64,000 bases of DNA from the NCBI GenBank assembly GCA_963675595.2, contig CAXXLZ010000001.1, forward strand, positions 1,376,001 to 1,440,000. Direction: 5' to 3'. The position numbers and the translations under genes were made by a program. Source of the stretch: Thermodesulfobacteriota bacterium. Its GTDB lineage: Bacteria > Desulfobacterota > Desulfarculia > JACQYL01. Below, in pieces: positions 1 to 10,386 of the stretch. The first letter of the stretch is position 1. Each line of letters begins with the position of its first letter. Under the pieces are notes generated by a model. That model made no database searches. It saw only the letters and a list, made by a program, of their open reading frames with translations, and had not been told where the DNA came from.

Positions 1-2
1 GA

Positions 3-317
3 TTGGAGCTGAAAAATTGTGTTCGCTGCGGCAGGGCTCCTGCTCCTTCGGATCCCATGTTCTTCACAGTTTCCGGAGGCGGCGTTGTGTGCCCCGATTG
101 TGTCGTGAGAGATCGACGGACATTGTCGCGGGGCACCCTGAGAGTCCTGATCCATGCTCAGGAACATCCCCTTCAATCCATGGGACAACTGCGGTTTTCT
201 TCGCGTAATCGAGGGGAAAGCAAGGGGCTTTTGAGGGCTTTTCTGGTGCGGCTGCTGGAAAGGCAGCTCCGAACCATGACTTATCTCGATCGACTGGAAA
301 AAGAGAGGACCCCATGA
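3..317 (+). CDS. recO: DNA repair protein RecO, C-terminal part (5' truncated by window)
   Basis: CxxC...GGxxCxxC zinc motif typical of RecO C-domain; directly upstream of and overlapping glyQ (conserved recO-glyQ-glyS order). Confidence 0.8.
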   Translation: MELKNCVRCGRAPAPSDPMFFTVSGGGVVCPDCVVRDRRTLSRGTLRVLIHAQEHPLQSMGQLRFSSRNRGESKGLLRAFLVRLLERQLRTMTYLDRLEKERTP

Positions 318-1198
318 ACTTTCAAGATGTAATCCTTTCCCTTGAGAAGTATTGGGCGAATTACGGATGCCTGATCGTTCAACCTTATGACCTTGAAGTG
401 GGCGCAGGCACCTTCAACCCCGCCACGACTCTGCGGGTTCTCGGTCCGGAACCTTGGAACGTCGCATACGTTGAGCCTTCACGCCGCCCGACCGATGGGC
501 GTTACGGGGAAAACCCCAACCGACTTCAACACTACTACCAGTATCAGGTTATTTTAAAACCTTCGCCGCTCGATGTTCAGGAGCTCTATTTGGACAGCCT
601 GCGTGCCTTGGGCATCGATCCTTTGGACCATGACATCCGTTTCGTGGAAGACGACTGGGAATCACCCACGGTGGGAGCCTGGGGCCTCGGCTGGGAGGTC
701 TGGCTCGATGGTATGGAGATCACCCAATTCACCTATTTTCAACAGGTCGGCGGTGTGGAACTGCACCCCATTCCTGTGGAACTCACCTACGGCATCGAAC
801 GCATTTCCATGTACCTGCAACAGGTGGACAACGTTTACGACCTGAAGTGGAACGACCAGGTGACGTACGGCCAAGTGCATCATCAAGGAGAGGTCGAGCA
901 TTCGACTTACAATTTCGAGAAAGCCAACGTGGAGATGCTTTTCACTCTCTTCGATCTTTATGAGGCCGAGAGTCGAAGCATGCTCGACAAGAACCTGATC
1001 CTACCCGCCTACGACTATTGCCTGAAATGTTCACATACCTTTAATCTGTTGGAGGCCCGAGGCGCCATCAGCGTTACGGAACGCACCGGCTATATCGCCC
1101 GGGTGCGCGAGTTGGCGAAAGGTTGCTGTACCGCCTTTGTGGCGCAGCGCGAGGAGATGGGACATCCTTTGCTGAAGAAAGGAGGGAGCGACTCGTGA
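314..1198 (+). CDS. glyQ: Glycine--tRNA ligase alpha subunit
   Basis: [61 protein letters not shown] signature. Confidence 0.98.
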   Translation: MNFQDVILSLEKYWANYGCLIVQPYDLEVGAGTFNPATTLRVLGPEPWNVAYVEPSRRPTDGRYGENPNRLQHYYQYQVILKPSPLDVQELYLDSLRALGIDPLDHDIRFVEDDWESPTVGAWGLGWEVWLDGMEITQFTYFQQVGGVELHPIPVELTYGIERISMYLQQVDNVYDLKWNDQVTYGQVHHQGEVEHSTYNFEKANVEMLFTLFDLYEAESRSMLDKNLILPAYDYCLKCSHTFNLLEARGAISVTERTGYIARVRELAKGCCTAFVAQREEMGHPLLKKGGSDS

Positions 1199-3264
1199 CC
1201 GGAGAATTCCTGCTGGAGATCGGCACCGAAGAAATTCCCGCACGCTTTCTACCCCCGACCATGGAACAGATGAAAGCTTCCATGGCCAAAAAACTGGGTG
1301 ACGAGCGCCTCACGTTCGACCGAATAGACGCTATGTCCACCCCACGGCGTCTTACCCTGATCGTCTCGGGAATGTCCTTGAAGCAGGAGGATCAGGACCA
1401 ACAAGTCGTGGGACCTCCTGAGAAGTCGGCTTACGACGCCCAAGGAAATCCGACGAAAGCCGCGGAAGGCTTCGCACGCGCCCACGGCGTCAACGTGAGC
1501 GAGCTTGCGGTGGTGGAGACGGGCAAAGGAAAATTCGTGGGAATCCGACGTCATATTCCGGGTCGCCCCACATCGGAACTACTGGCCGACTTGCTTCCCT
1601 CGTGGGTTGCAGGGCTCGCTTTTCCCAAGTCCATGCGGTGGGGCTCGAACCCCACTCCCTTCGCCCGCCCGGTGCACTGGTTGCTTTGCCTTCTTGACGG
1701 ACGAGTCGTTCCTTTCGCCCTGAACGGGATCGGGTCCGGGGACCTGACCTACGGTCATCGTTTCATGGCTCCGCAGGCCATCCAGGTGCGGGATGCCTCC
1801 GACTACGTCGCGAAACTCGAAGAAGCCCACGTGGTCATCGATCCGGAAGTCCGCAGGGAACGAATGCTTCGATCCGTTGATGAGGCCATCAGAGAATCCG
1901 GAGGACAACTGATCGACGACCCCGATCTGGTCACTGAGAATTGTTTCCTTGTGGAGTCGACCAATGCGGTTTGCGGGACTTTCGCGGACTCTTTTTTGGA
2001 ACTCCCCGATGAAGTCCTCATCACCGCCATGCGTGAGCATCAGAGGTACTTTGCAGTGACCGACGGCAACGGCAAACTGCTGCCCAAATTCGTGGCGATC
2101 AACAACACCTTGGCAAGAGACCCCGCCGTGGTCACTCAGGGACACCAACGGGTTTTGAAGGCCAGACTTGAAGACGCCAAATTTTTCTTCCGGGAAGACC
2201 TGAAGAAGCCTTTGGCCGATCATGCGGAAGCGTTGAAGAGTGTTCTGTTTCAGCAAAAGCTGGGCACCTCCTATCAGAAGATGGAAAGGTTCCGGGAGTT
2301 GGCTTTGTTCATGGCGGACGCAGCGGCTCCTGAAGCCCGAGAGGCGGTCGAACGGACCGCCACGCTGTGCAAGGCGGACTTGGTCACGGAAATGGTTGGA
2401 GAATTTCCCGCACTCCAGGGTGTCATGGGTCGGGCCTACGCAAGACATGCCGGTGAATCCGAAGCGGTGGCGCAGGCGGTCTATGAACACTATCTCCCTC
2501 GATTCGCAGGAGACGCCTTGCCTGAATCCACCGCGGGAGCCCTGGTCGGAATGGCGGACCGGTTGGATACCATCTGCGGATGTTTCGGAATCGGACTCAT
2601 CCCCACCGGAGCAGCCGACCCATACGCACTTCGAAGACACACGCTGGCCATTATCCACATCCTTCTTGAGAAGCGGTACTTGCTGGATTTCGAGTCACTT
2701 GCCGTGAAGAGCCTTCAGATTCTGGGAGATCGTGTGGAGCGTGATCCCGAAGAGGTCCTTAAACAGGTAACGGAGTTCTTCCGGGCGCGATTCCACAATC
2801 TACTCACCGGGAAGGGCCTCCCCTTCGACGTGGTGGATGCGGTGCTCAGCTTGCACCACAATGTTCCCGGGGAAGCCATGGACCGTGTTCAAGCACTGAA
2901 CGCCTGGAAAGAGCGGCCGGAGTTCCAGCTCTTAGCCATTTCCTTTAAGAGAGTGGTCAATATTCTGAAAGATCAGGAAGCCGGCACCGAAGTGGATGAG
3001 TCTCTACTACAGGACCAATCCGAACGGGAGCTTTGGGACGAATACCTACGTGCGGATCGGACCGCGAACCAGCTCATGGCGGAAAAGCGGTACGCGGACA
3101 CGCTGGAAATCATTTTCGGTCTCAGGCGGGCTATTGACGGCTTTTTCGACGCGGTCATGGTCATGGACAAAGACGAGAAGTTGAAGCACAATCGCTTGGC
3201 TTTGCTCAACCGCCTGAGCGGTCTTTTCAAGAACATAGGGGATTTCAGCAAGTTCAGCGTTTAG
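1195..3264 (+). CDS. glyS: Glycine--tRNA ligase beta subunit
   Basis: [53 protein letters not shown]; GTG start overlapping glyQ stop with GGAGG upstream. Confidence 0.97.
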   Translation: MTGEFLLEIGTEEIPARFLPPTMEQMKASMAKKLGDERLTFDRIDAMSTPRRLTLIVSGMSLKQEDQDQQVVGPPEKSAYDAQGNPTKAAEGFARAHGVNVSELAVVETGKGKFVGIRRHIPGRPTSELLADLLPSWVAGLAFPKSMRWGSNPTPFARPVHWLLCLLDGRVVPFALNGIGSGDLTYGHRFMAPQAIQVRDASDYVAKLEEAHVVIDPEVRRERMLRSVDEAIRESGGQLIDDPDLVTENCFLVESTNAVCGTFADSFLELPDEVLITAMREHQRYFAVTDGNGKLLPKFVAINNTLARDPAVVTQGHQRVLKARLEDAKFFFREDLKKPLADHAEALKSVLFQQKLGTSYQKMERFRELALFMADAAAPEAREAVERTATLCKADLVTEMVGEFPALQGVMGRAYARHAGESEAVAQAVYEHYLPRFAGDALPESTAGALVGMADRLDTICGCFGIGLIPTGAADPYALRRHTLAIIHILLEKRYLLDFESLAVKSLQILGDRVERDPEEVLKQVTEFFRARFHNLLTGKGLPFDVVDAVLSLHHNVPGEAMDRVQALNAWKERPEFQLLAISFKRVVNILKDQEAGTEVDESLLQDQSERELWDEYLRADRTANQLMAEKRYADTLEIIFGLRRAIDGFFDAVMVMDKDEKLKHNRLALLNRLSGLFKNIGDFSKFSV

Positions 3265-3355
3265 ACCGCTGCGGCCCAATATCCTTGGGTAAAAGGTGAA
3301 TGCGCTGGATATACCGTGTTGAAAGCCGATTCCCCCCAGTGTGTACGATTGATCA

Positions 3356-3400
3356 TAAAAATGAGGCCCGCCCCTAAAAGGGACGGGCCTCACGTTGTTT
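3356..3400. terminator. Probable bidirectional intrinsic terminator between convergent glyS and flagellin
   Basis: Stem TGAGGCCCG...CGGGCCTCA (3362-3392) with T-rich flanks on both strands. Confidence 0.7.
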
Positions 3401-3416
3401 TGCCGGTTGGTCGAGG

Positions 3417-6278
3417 TTATTTCAACAAGGACAGCAAGGCCTGAGGCAGGTTGTTGGCCTGGGCCAGCATGGCGGTTCCGACCTGTTGCAGAATCTGGTA
3501 CTGGGTCATCTCCGAGATGGCCTTGGCCATATCCAGGTCCCGGATGGTGGATTCCGCGGCCACTTGGTTCTCCTCCTGAACGGCCAGACTGTTCAACGTG
3601 TGGTCCAGCCGATTCATGTAGGCGCCCAGTCTGGCCCGCTCCGCAGAAACCAAGTCGATCGCCTGATCGATCCGATCCATGGCAAGAAAGGCTTGTTCCT
3701 GATCTACAACCAGGGCCTTGTCCACTCCGAGGGCCACCGTATCCATTTGCGCGATATAGGCGTTCATGGTTTGGCCCGGATTGGCGCCGATTTGGAAATC
3801 CGTGGTATTGCTGACCACGTGGAGAAACTCGGTATAATTCCCCTCGGTGCTGTAAAAGTCGATCTCTCTCGTGGCGGGATTCCACGAGGACCCGATGTCC
3901 ACGTTGGGATCCACTTTCAGGTCCACGCCCTGAATCACTCCATGGAGAATGTTGTCACTCACCGTATCCACGCCGATGAGTTCTCCCGTATGGGCGTTGA
4001 AGACCTCGACGGTGAGCGGGTCCACTTCTTCGCTGGGATCCTGTATGGTCGCCAGGCTGAGTGCGTTAAGCACGCCCTCCTCGGCGCTGAAGCTCAGCAC
4101 GCCTCCCGGCCCCTGCTTGGGAGATCGAATCACGATGGTCCCGGGCACGGACTCATCACCGTCGGTTGCGGCGTTGACCACGAGATCGGTCACATGGTTG
4201 ATACCGCTGCTGTCCCGCACCGTCCCCAGCCCAAGCCCCTCATATCCTTGAACCGTCGTGTCCAGACTGATGATTTGTTCGATTTTATCCGCGAGTTCCT
4301 GCAACGTGTCTCCACCGTCCACGTAGAAGGAAGCCTGGTCCCCGCTGAGCGTATACACGTTGATCCATTTGCCGTTTTCGCCTAGGACAAAATTGCCGTT
4401 TGCGTCGTAGAAACGGTCGATCTGCGAGAGATACGTGCCCGGCCCCGCCGCCTCTCCGGAACCCAGGACGGAGATGTTGGTGCTCTTGGTCTCGAAAACT
4501 TCTCCAAGGGTCACATCGATGGAACCGAATTCCACACGTCCTTCCTCGTCCATTCTGGCGAGTGTCAGCGAAGTGGTACTCCCCGCGGGTTGTGTTCCCA
4601 CGTCCACCCACAGACCGTGATTGAAGGTCGCGTAGTCGGCTCCCGCCAGTCCCTCCCTCGAATCCCAGTCGGGATCGGAGTGCTGTAGACGGGACCATTC
4701 GCCGGCCGGTCCTGTAAGACGTACAAGGTTGGCGGAAGAAGAAACCTGGTCCTGCAAACCGATGAGGAATTTATCTCCGACTTCAAAAGTACCGGTGAAG
4801 TCGATTGCGAAACGGTTGGAGGTGGAGCCTTGATCGCGAAGTATGGTGCTTCCGGCGTCATAGTCCACATAGCTGGTCCAGGTGGAGCCCTGATCCCAAG
4901 ACACGCGAAGGTCGACCTCCCCGCTTGTCCCACGCCCCAGCACCTCGACCATCACGTAGGTATTCTCCTCGACGGTCACATTGGAAAGGCCCGTCACTTC
5001 GGCGGTGGAATCGTCGTTCCGGTACGCACCCATGAGAAAACCCTGGTCCGCCGTGGTCAATGCATTCAGGCCGCTGCTCAGATCGCTGTTGGCTACGGAG
5101 ACAATGTCATAATCCCCGGCGGCAAGGCGGGCGGCGTTGGAAACCGACTCTATCACGGTGTTGTCCACCGGGTTCGCATTGTCGCTTCCGAAAGTGGCGC
5201 CCACCCCGGATGCCCCCGTTCCCTGAACGGTCAGCAAATCGAAATCGGTGAACTTCACGGTGCTGTTGAATATGTCGGACGAAGCGCCTCCGGCCGTGCT
5301 CAGGTTCCCTCCGGCCCAGTTGCTGATTTCTCCTCCCCATGCCGCGACCGTGGCCCCCGACGTGTTACCCGCACCGTCCGTGGTCACGATTTGCAGGGTG
5401 TAGTCGTCGCTGGAGTCCGTCGCCTCCTTGGAGCGAAGCACGATATCGCCGCTGGAAAGGAGTTCGGCTTCCACGAATTGGCTGACTGTGGCGTGCGAAT
5501 TGATCGTCCGAACCAGGATCTCCGCGTCCGTGAATCCCCCGGCGTTTTCCCCTGAAAGAGATGTAATGGAAACATCCATATTTTCAGTCGGATCTCCGGT
5601 AAAGTTAAACCGAAAAGTCAGGGTTCCAACCGCGTTGACGTCTCCGTCGACCCCTCCCAGATTGAATCGAAACTGATTGGGAGCCCCATCCTCTCGTTGG
5701 GAGATGGCACCTTCTTTGATCTTGAAAATATCGGTTTTCAGTACATGATTCGCAAGTGGCGAGGCGTCCATGACCAGTTTGTAGTTGCCTTCCGCAACCC
5801 GACCCCTGATGATGGCTTCCGTCGAATTGCCGTCCGTGCTCCACAAGGCCGAAGACGATCCGTCGAGCAGCTTCTTCGTATTGAACTCGGTGGAATACGC
5901 GATTCGGTCGACCTCCTCCTTGAGTTGATCAACCTCCCTTTGCAGTTCCAGTCGATCGCTGCTCGTGAGGACACCGTTGGAGGCCTGAACGGCAAGTTCC
6001 CTCATCCGCTGAAGCACGGCTTGGGTTTCTCCCAGAGATCCTTCAGCCACCTGTAACATGGATTGCGCATCCATGGCATTTTTGCTGGCCCGAGCCAGTC
6101 CCGCGATCTGAGTTCGGAATCGCTCGGAAATGGCCAAACCGGATGGATCATCCCTAGCGGAGTTAATGCGCAGACCGGTGGAAAGCTGTGCCAGCGATCT
6201 TTGAAGATGCTCAGTGCTGGCGTTCAAGGACATTTGCGCTTTATATGCCGCAATGTTGTTAAGTAGGGATAGTCCCAT
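3417..6278 (-). CDS. fliC: Large flagellin (953 aa) with long variable central region
   Basis: N-term LSTGLRINSARDDPSGLAISE..LQRMRELAVQASNG..FNTKKLLDG; C-term FQIGAN..RARLGAYMNRL..ESTIRDLDMA..QILQQVGTAMLAQAN. Confidence 0.95.
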   Translation of the reverse strand: MGLSLLNNIAAYKAQMSLNASTEHLQRSLAQLSTGLRINSARDDPSGLAISERFRTQIAGLARASKNAMDAQSMLQVAEGSLGETQAVLQRMRELAVQASNGVLTSSDRLELQREVDQLKEEVDRIAYSTEFNTKKLLDGSSSALWSTDGNSTEAIIRGRVAEGNYKLVMDASPLANHVLKTDIFKIKEGAISQREDGAPNQFRFNLGGVDGDVNAVGTLTFRFNFTGDPTENMDVSITSLSGENAGGFTDAEILVRTINSHATVSQFVEAELLSSGDIVLRSKEATDSSDDYTLQIVTTDGAGNTSGATVAAWGGEISNWAGGNLSTAGGASSDIFNSTVKFTDFDLLTVQGTGASGVGATFGSDNANPVDNTVIESVSNAARLAAGDYDIVSVANSDLSSGLNALTTADQGFLMGAYRNDDSTAEVTGLSNVTVEENTYVMVEVLGRGTSGEVDLRVSWDQGSTWTSYVDYDAGSTILRDQGSTSNRFAIDFTGTFEVGDKFLIGLQDQVSSSANLVRLTGPAGEWSRLQHSDPDWDSREGLAGADYATFNHGLWVDVGTQPAGSTTSLTLARMDEEGRVEFGSIDVTLGEVFETKSTNISVLGSGEAAGPGTYLSQIDRFYDANGNFVLGENGKWINVYTLSGDQASFYVDGGDTLQELADKIEQIISLDTTVQGYEGLGLGTVRDSSGINHVTDLVVNAATDGDESVPGTIVIRSPKQGPGGVLSFSAEEGVLNALSLATIQDPSEEVDPLTVEVFNAHTGELIGVDTVSDNILHGVIQGVDLKVDPNVDIGSSWNPATREIDFYSTEGNYTEFLHVVSNTTDFQIGANPGQTMNAYIAQMDTVALGVDKALVVDQEQAFLAMDRIDQAIDLVSAERARLGAYMNRLDHTLNSLAVQEENQVAAESTIRDLDMAKAISEMTQYQILQQVGTAMLAQANNLPQALLSLLK

Positions 6279-6414
6279 GCTTCACCCCTCCCTGATGACC
6301 TCTACTCTCCCTGAGATAACCGGACTCATCGAATCGAGGTTCGATACCGTCTGTTTGGGCTCCGGTAGACAGCACACTGCTTGCCTCGGTGCTCCAATTC
6401 GTGCTTGTCTCAAA

Positions 6415-6431
6415 GGCAAAAAGAATGCCGG
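6415..6431 (-). promoter_or_regulatory. sigma54 (-24/-12) promoter of flagellin
   Basis: Minus strand CCGGCATTCTTTTTGC = GG-N10-GC, close to the TGGCAC-N5-TTGC consensus, about 140 nt upstream of the ATG. Confidence 0.65.
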
Positions 6432-6481
6432 CCTCTATGGAGTTCCTCGCAGATCGACAAATTAACGCTTCAGGCTATGCA

Positions 6482-6494
6482 TAACTCATTGATA
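6482..6494 (-). promoter_or_regulatory. IHF binding site
   Basis: Minus strand TATCAATGAGTTA, exact match to WATCAANNNNTTR, in an AT-rich patch about 50 nt upstream of the sigma54 box. Confidence 0.6.
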
Positions 6495-6732
6495 TTATAA
6501 TATAAGTATCATCACGCGGCTGCCGATGGGACGCAAGGCCCCAAGGGGATTCACTAGGCCGAGCCGGAATATGGACGCAGCATATTTTTCCTAGGCGCTT
6601 GCACTTTTTTCCCGTACCCATCCATGCGTGCCGCCACGGCGGATGGGTTCTGCCGGAAAACGAGACCCTCCCCTCCTCACCCCCATATCTTGTAGTCTTT
6701 CCTGATCACCCATACCGTATCTTGGATTTTTC

Positions 6733-6761
6733 TTTACACCCTCCCCCCTTTTTGTTATGTT
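6733..6761 (+). promoter_or_regulatory. Possible sigma70 promoter of smc-ftsY
   Basis: TTTACA-N17-TATGTT with TG extension. Confidence 0.4.
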
Positions 6762-6819
6762 TCAGAGTGATTTTGTCCTGATTACTCGCCCATGGGCTCT
6801 TTAACGAGGAAGCCGACTC

Positions 6820-9800
6820 GTGAAAATCAAGAGACTCGAAATACGAGGCTTTAAATCCTTCCTGGACAAGACGGTCATCGAGTTCCCGGAAGGTATCAGC
6901 GCCGTCGTCGGCCCCAACGGATGCGGTAAGAGCAACATCGTGGACGCCATCCGCTGGGCTCTGGGCGAACAGAGCCCAAGTCGCCTCCGAGGAAAGCAGA
7001 TGGAGGACGTCATCTTCGCGGGCTCCAATGCACAGAAGCCCTTCGGTATGGCAGAGGTGTCTTTGGTGATGTCCAACGACAACGGTTACATGCCGTCCGC
7101 TTACCGACAATTCAGCGAGGTCATGGTCACGAGAAGGCTTTTCCGTTCGGGAGAAAGCGAGTATCTGATCAACAAGACTCCATGTCGCCTGAAAGATATC
7201 CAAGAAGTCTTCTGGGATACCGGATTGGGCAGCCGCAGCTATTCCGTCATCGAGCAAGGCAAGGTGAGCGCCATCGTCGACATGAGACCGGAAGAGCGAA
7301 GATCGTTGATTGAGGAAGCGGCCGGAATAAGCAAGTACAAGAACCGGAAGAAAGAAGCCCTGCACAAGATGGAGCAGGCGCAGCAGAATCTTGTTCGGGT
7401 CAGCGACATCGTCAACGAAGTGGGCCGTCAACTGGCGGCGCTGAAAAGACAAGCGGCAAAAGCGAAGAGATACGGTGAGCTCAAGGAACGCTTGCGTCTT
7501 CTGGACCTTTCCAGGACTTTTTCCGATTACCGTGCGTTGGACCTCACCCAACGGTCCCTTGAAGAACGTTATGAAAGTGCCGCAAAAGAGGAAGACGATC
7601 GCCAAACCCTGCAGAACACGTTACAGGCCAAACTCGACGCACTCAAAATCGAATTCGACGAACGTGAAGAGACAATCAAAGAACGGGACAAACGGCTCTA
7701 CGCATTGAAATACCGGATTCAGGAGCTGGAAAACGAATCCCAACGCCGAAAGCAGCGACTTGCGGAGCTGAAGAAACGAGAGGAGGAGGACCGAAACGAC
7801 CTCGCTACCATCAAATCTCATCGGTTTCAGTTAGAGGATGGAATACGAAAGCGCGAAGCGGAGTTCAGCGAGCTTTCCGAAAACCTTGAACTCCAATGCG
7901 AAGAGGTCCGCCGGCTCAACAAAGAGCTCGAAGACAAAGCGGGCGACGCAGCTCGTTTCATCGAAAAACTTGAAGATGAGAAGAAGGAACTCCTCCGGCT
8001 GGCAGGGCGACGCTCCGATCTTCAGAACAAGATCGTGCGTATAGAAGATTTACGCAAGGAACTGGAACGTCGAAGAAGCATTGCGGAAGAAGACAGGGAA
8101 ACGCTCACCTACGAGAAAGAAGAAATCGAAACCGAATTGTCTCGAACGCTGGAGCGGTTGACGGACTTGGAGGATGAGCGAATACGAATCGAAGGCGAGC
8201 TTGCGGACGAAAGAACCAGACTCTCGAACCTCAAGCAGGAACTGGCCGAAAAGGAAAAGGAACTGCAGCAAGGTGAGCGTGAGCAGCACGGCCTGAAAAG
8301 TCGCCTCCAGACACTCAAGGAGCTCTGGGAAAAGCTGGAATATTTCGATACGGGAACTAAGGCTTTCGTGGAACACTCCCGAAGACCGGATACCGATCTG
8401 AAAGGAATCGCCGGACTCCTGGCGGACCGGATCGAAGTGCCGATGGAATACGAAACAGCCTTGGAGACGGCGTTGGGGCCGACATTGCAGGCCGTCTTGG
8501 TGGAATCTTTCGACCTGGGGGTAGAGAACGTCCTCACGGCCCGGAACCGCTTCAAAGGCTCCATACGCTTGCTCCCCGTACGCAGCCGGGAAGGAATGAA
8601 CGAGTGCGACGCCGACAACAAGGAAGGCGCATCCCTTCCTCTGTTGCACCGTATGGTTCGGTTGCCGGATTCTTTCAACGGGCTGAGTCGCAGGCTGCTC
8701 GAAGACATTTGTGTCACGCCGGATTTGGAAACGGCCGGGGATCTGCACCGCAGGACCGGTCTACCCGTGGTCACCCTTACGGGGGAAATGATCGGCCGTG
8801 AAGGCATGATTGTCGCGGGAAACGATAAGCGAGGCGGATCGGGGATATTGTCCAAGAAAAGAGAGATGGAGAAGATCGAAGCTCTCGTGTCCGATCAGGC
8901 CGACAAACTCTCTTCCTTATCCGAAACCGTAAATGTTCTGAGAGGCGAAGTCCTGGAATCCAAGCAGCGCCACGAGGGGATTCGAGAGGACCTGGACGCT
9001 CTGAAGAGCCGCTGTCTGGAAATGGAACAGAAAGTTTTCCGTTATCAGGAGAAGAAGAAGACCCTCTCCCGCCAGATCGAAACGGCGGAAGAAGAGTTCC
9101 TGCGTATCGACGACGAACTGGTGGAGCTGGAATCGAAACTCTCGGAGACAATGGCTGAAAAAGAAGAGGTGACAACGGAAAAATCCGTCCAGGAAACCCG
9201 GGTCGCCGATCTCACGGAAAAGTTTGAAACCGTGCGGGCCGATACGGAGGCCTTGAAGGAGCGGTTGTACAAAAACAGATTGGAGGCTCAATCCACCGAG
9301 GCGAAGAGAACACACCTTGAGACTGAAATCGGCAGGACACGGCAGCTTATCGAAGACACGGACAACCGCGTGGAGAAGCTCCAAAACCGACTCGAAGAGT
9401 ATCGAGACGAAAGAGAACGCTTGTTCACGCTGGACAAACAGGCGGAAAAAGAGGTATCCAGCGTCTTCGGGCAGATCGGGGAAATCGAACGGTCTCTGAA
9501 CGAGCTTCACGAGGTTCAGGACGAGTCGCAATCGCTGCTGAGCCGGTTGAAAAAGGAAATCCTCGAGATCGGGGAACGGGGACACTCCGCGAGAGAAGCG
9601 CTCAGCGCTTTGAAGGTCACTCTTGCTGAAAACCGTGTGACTATTGAGCATCTCTTGGAAGACGCTTACAGACGCCATGGCGTGAGGCTGGACGAGGGAT
9701 ACAATTTCGAATTGGAGGAAGTGGACCCCGAAGAAGCCGCAGCCGAGATCGATCGCCTCACCGCACGGATATCGGCCATGGGGGAGATCAACCCCGCAGC

Positions 9801-10386
9801 CATTTCCGAGTATCAAGCATTGCTCGAACGCTCCGAGTTCCTGAATCAGCAGAGAGACGATCTGGTGACGTCCATCGAAGACCTGCACCGAACCATCCGT
9901 AGAATGAATCAGGTTTGCAGGCAGAAATTTACGGAAACTCTAGATAAGATCAACGACAACCTAAAACAGGTATTTCCCGCCTTGTTCGGGGGCGGCAGAG
10001 CTGAACTCAGCCTGACCGACCCTTCCGAGGTTCTTGAGTCGGGTATTGAAATCCATGTGCAGCCTCCCGGGAAAAAACTCACGTTGATGGGGTTGATGTC
10101 CGGAGGTGAAAAAGCGCTCACGGCGTTGGCCCTGCTGTTCGCCATGTATTTGATCAAGCCCTCGCCCTTTTACCTCATGGACGAGATCGACGCTCCCCTT
10201 GACGAGGCGAACGTGGACCGGTTCAACCGACTTCTTAAGAAGATGGCTGTGGACTCGCAAGTTATTCTGATTACTCACAGTCGTCGAACCATGGAATTGG
10301 TGGATCAGCTTTTTGGAGTGACCATGGAACGTCCCGGCGTAAGCAGGCTCGTTTCCGTGAATCTCAGAGAGGTGGAAGCAGCATGA
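6820..10386 (+). CDS. smc: Chromosome segregation protein SMC
   Basis: GFKSF, GPNGCGKSN Walker A, long coiled coils with hinge, LMSGGEK signature, PFYLMDEIDAPLD Walker B. Confidence 0.98.
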   Translation: MKIKRLEIRGFKSFLDKTVIEFPEGISAVVGPNGCGKSNIVDAIRWALGEQSPSRLRGKQMEDVIFAGSNAQKPFGMAEVSLVMSNDNGYMPSAYRQFSEVMVTRRLFRSGESEYLINKTPCRLKDIQEVFWDTGLGSRSYSVIEQGKVSAIVDMRPEERRSLIEEAAGISKYKNRKKEALHKMEQAQQNLVRVSDIVNEVGRQLAALKRQAAKAKRYGELKERLRLLDLSRTFSDYRALDLTQRSLEERYESAAKEEDDRQTLQNTLQAKLDALKIEFDEREETIKERDKRLYALKYRIQELENESQRRKQRLAELKKREEEDRNDLATIKSHRFQLEDGIRKREAEFSELSENLELQCEEVRRLNKELEDKAGDAARFIEKLEDEKKELLRLAGRRSDLQNKIVRIEDLRKELERRRSIAEEDRETLTYEKEEIETELSRTLERLTDLEDERIRIEGELADERTRLSNLKQELAEKEKELQQGEREQHGLKSRLQTLKELWEKLEYFDTGTKAFVEHSRRPDTDLKGIAGLLADRIEVPMEYETALETALGPTLQAVLVESFDLGVENVLTARNRFKGSIRLLPVRSREGMNECDADNKEGASLPLLHRMVRLPDSFNGLSRRLLEDICVTPDLETAGDLHRRTGLPVVTLTGEMIGREGMIVAGNDKRGGSGILSKKREMEKIEALVSDQADKLSSLSETVNVLRGEVLESKQRHEGIREDLDALKSRCLEMEQKVFRYQEKKKTLSRQIETAEEEFLRIDDELVELESKLSETMAEKEEVTTEKSVQETRVADLTEKFETVRADTEALKERLYKNRLEAQSTEAKRTHLETEIGRTRQLIEDTDNRVEKLQNRLEEYRDERERLFTLDKQAEKEVSSVFGQIGEIERSLNELHEVQDESQSLLSRLKKEILEIGERGHSAREALSALKVTLAENRVTIEHLLEDAYRRHGVRLDEGYNFELEEVDPEEAAAEIDRLTARISAMGEINPAAISEYQALLERSEFLNQQRDDLVTSIEDLHRTIRRMNQVCRQKFTETLDKINDNLKQVFPALFGGGRAELSLTDPSEVLESGIEIHVQPPGKKLTLMGLMSGGEKALTALALLFAMYLIKPSPFYLMDEIDAPLDEANVDRFNRLLKKMAVDSQVILITHSRRTMELVDQLFGVTMERPGVSRLVSVNLREVEAA

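Noticed and set aside
6515-6580. GGGACGCAAGGCC resembling a c-di-GMP-I riboswitch near the flagellin
   Set aside because: Lacks the GGCAAAC and GAAA tetraloop stem and is on the strand opposite to flagellin
6820-10386. SMC as part of a Wadjet/Mks defence system
   Set aside because: Canonical housekeeping smc-ftsY arrangement
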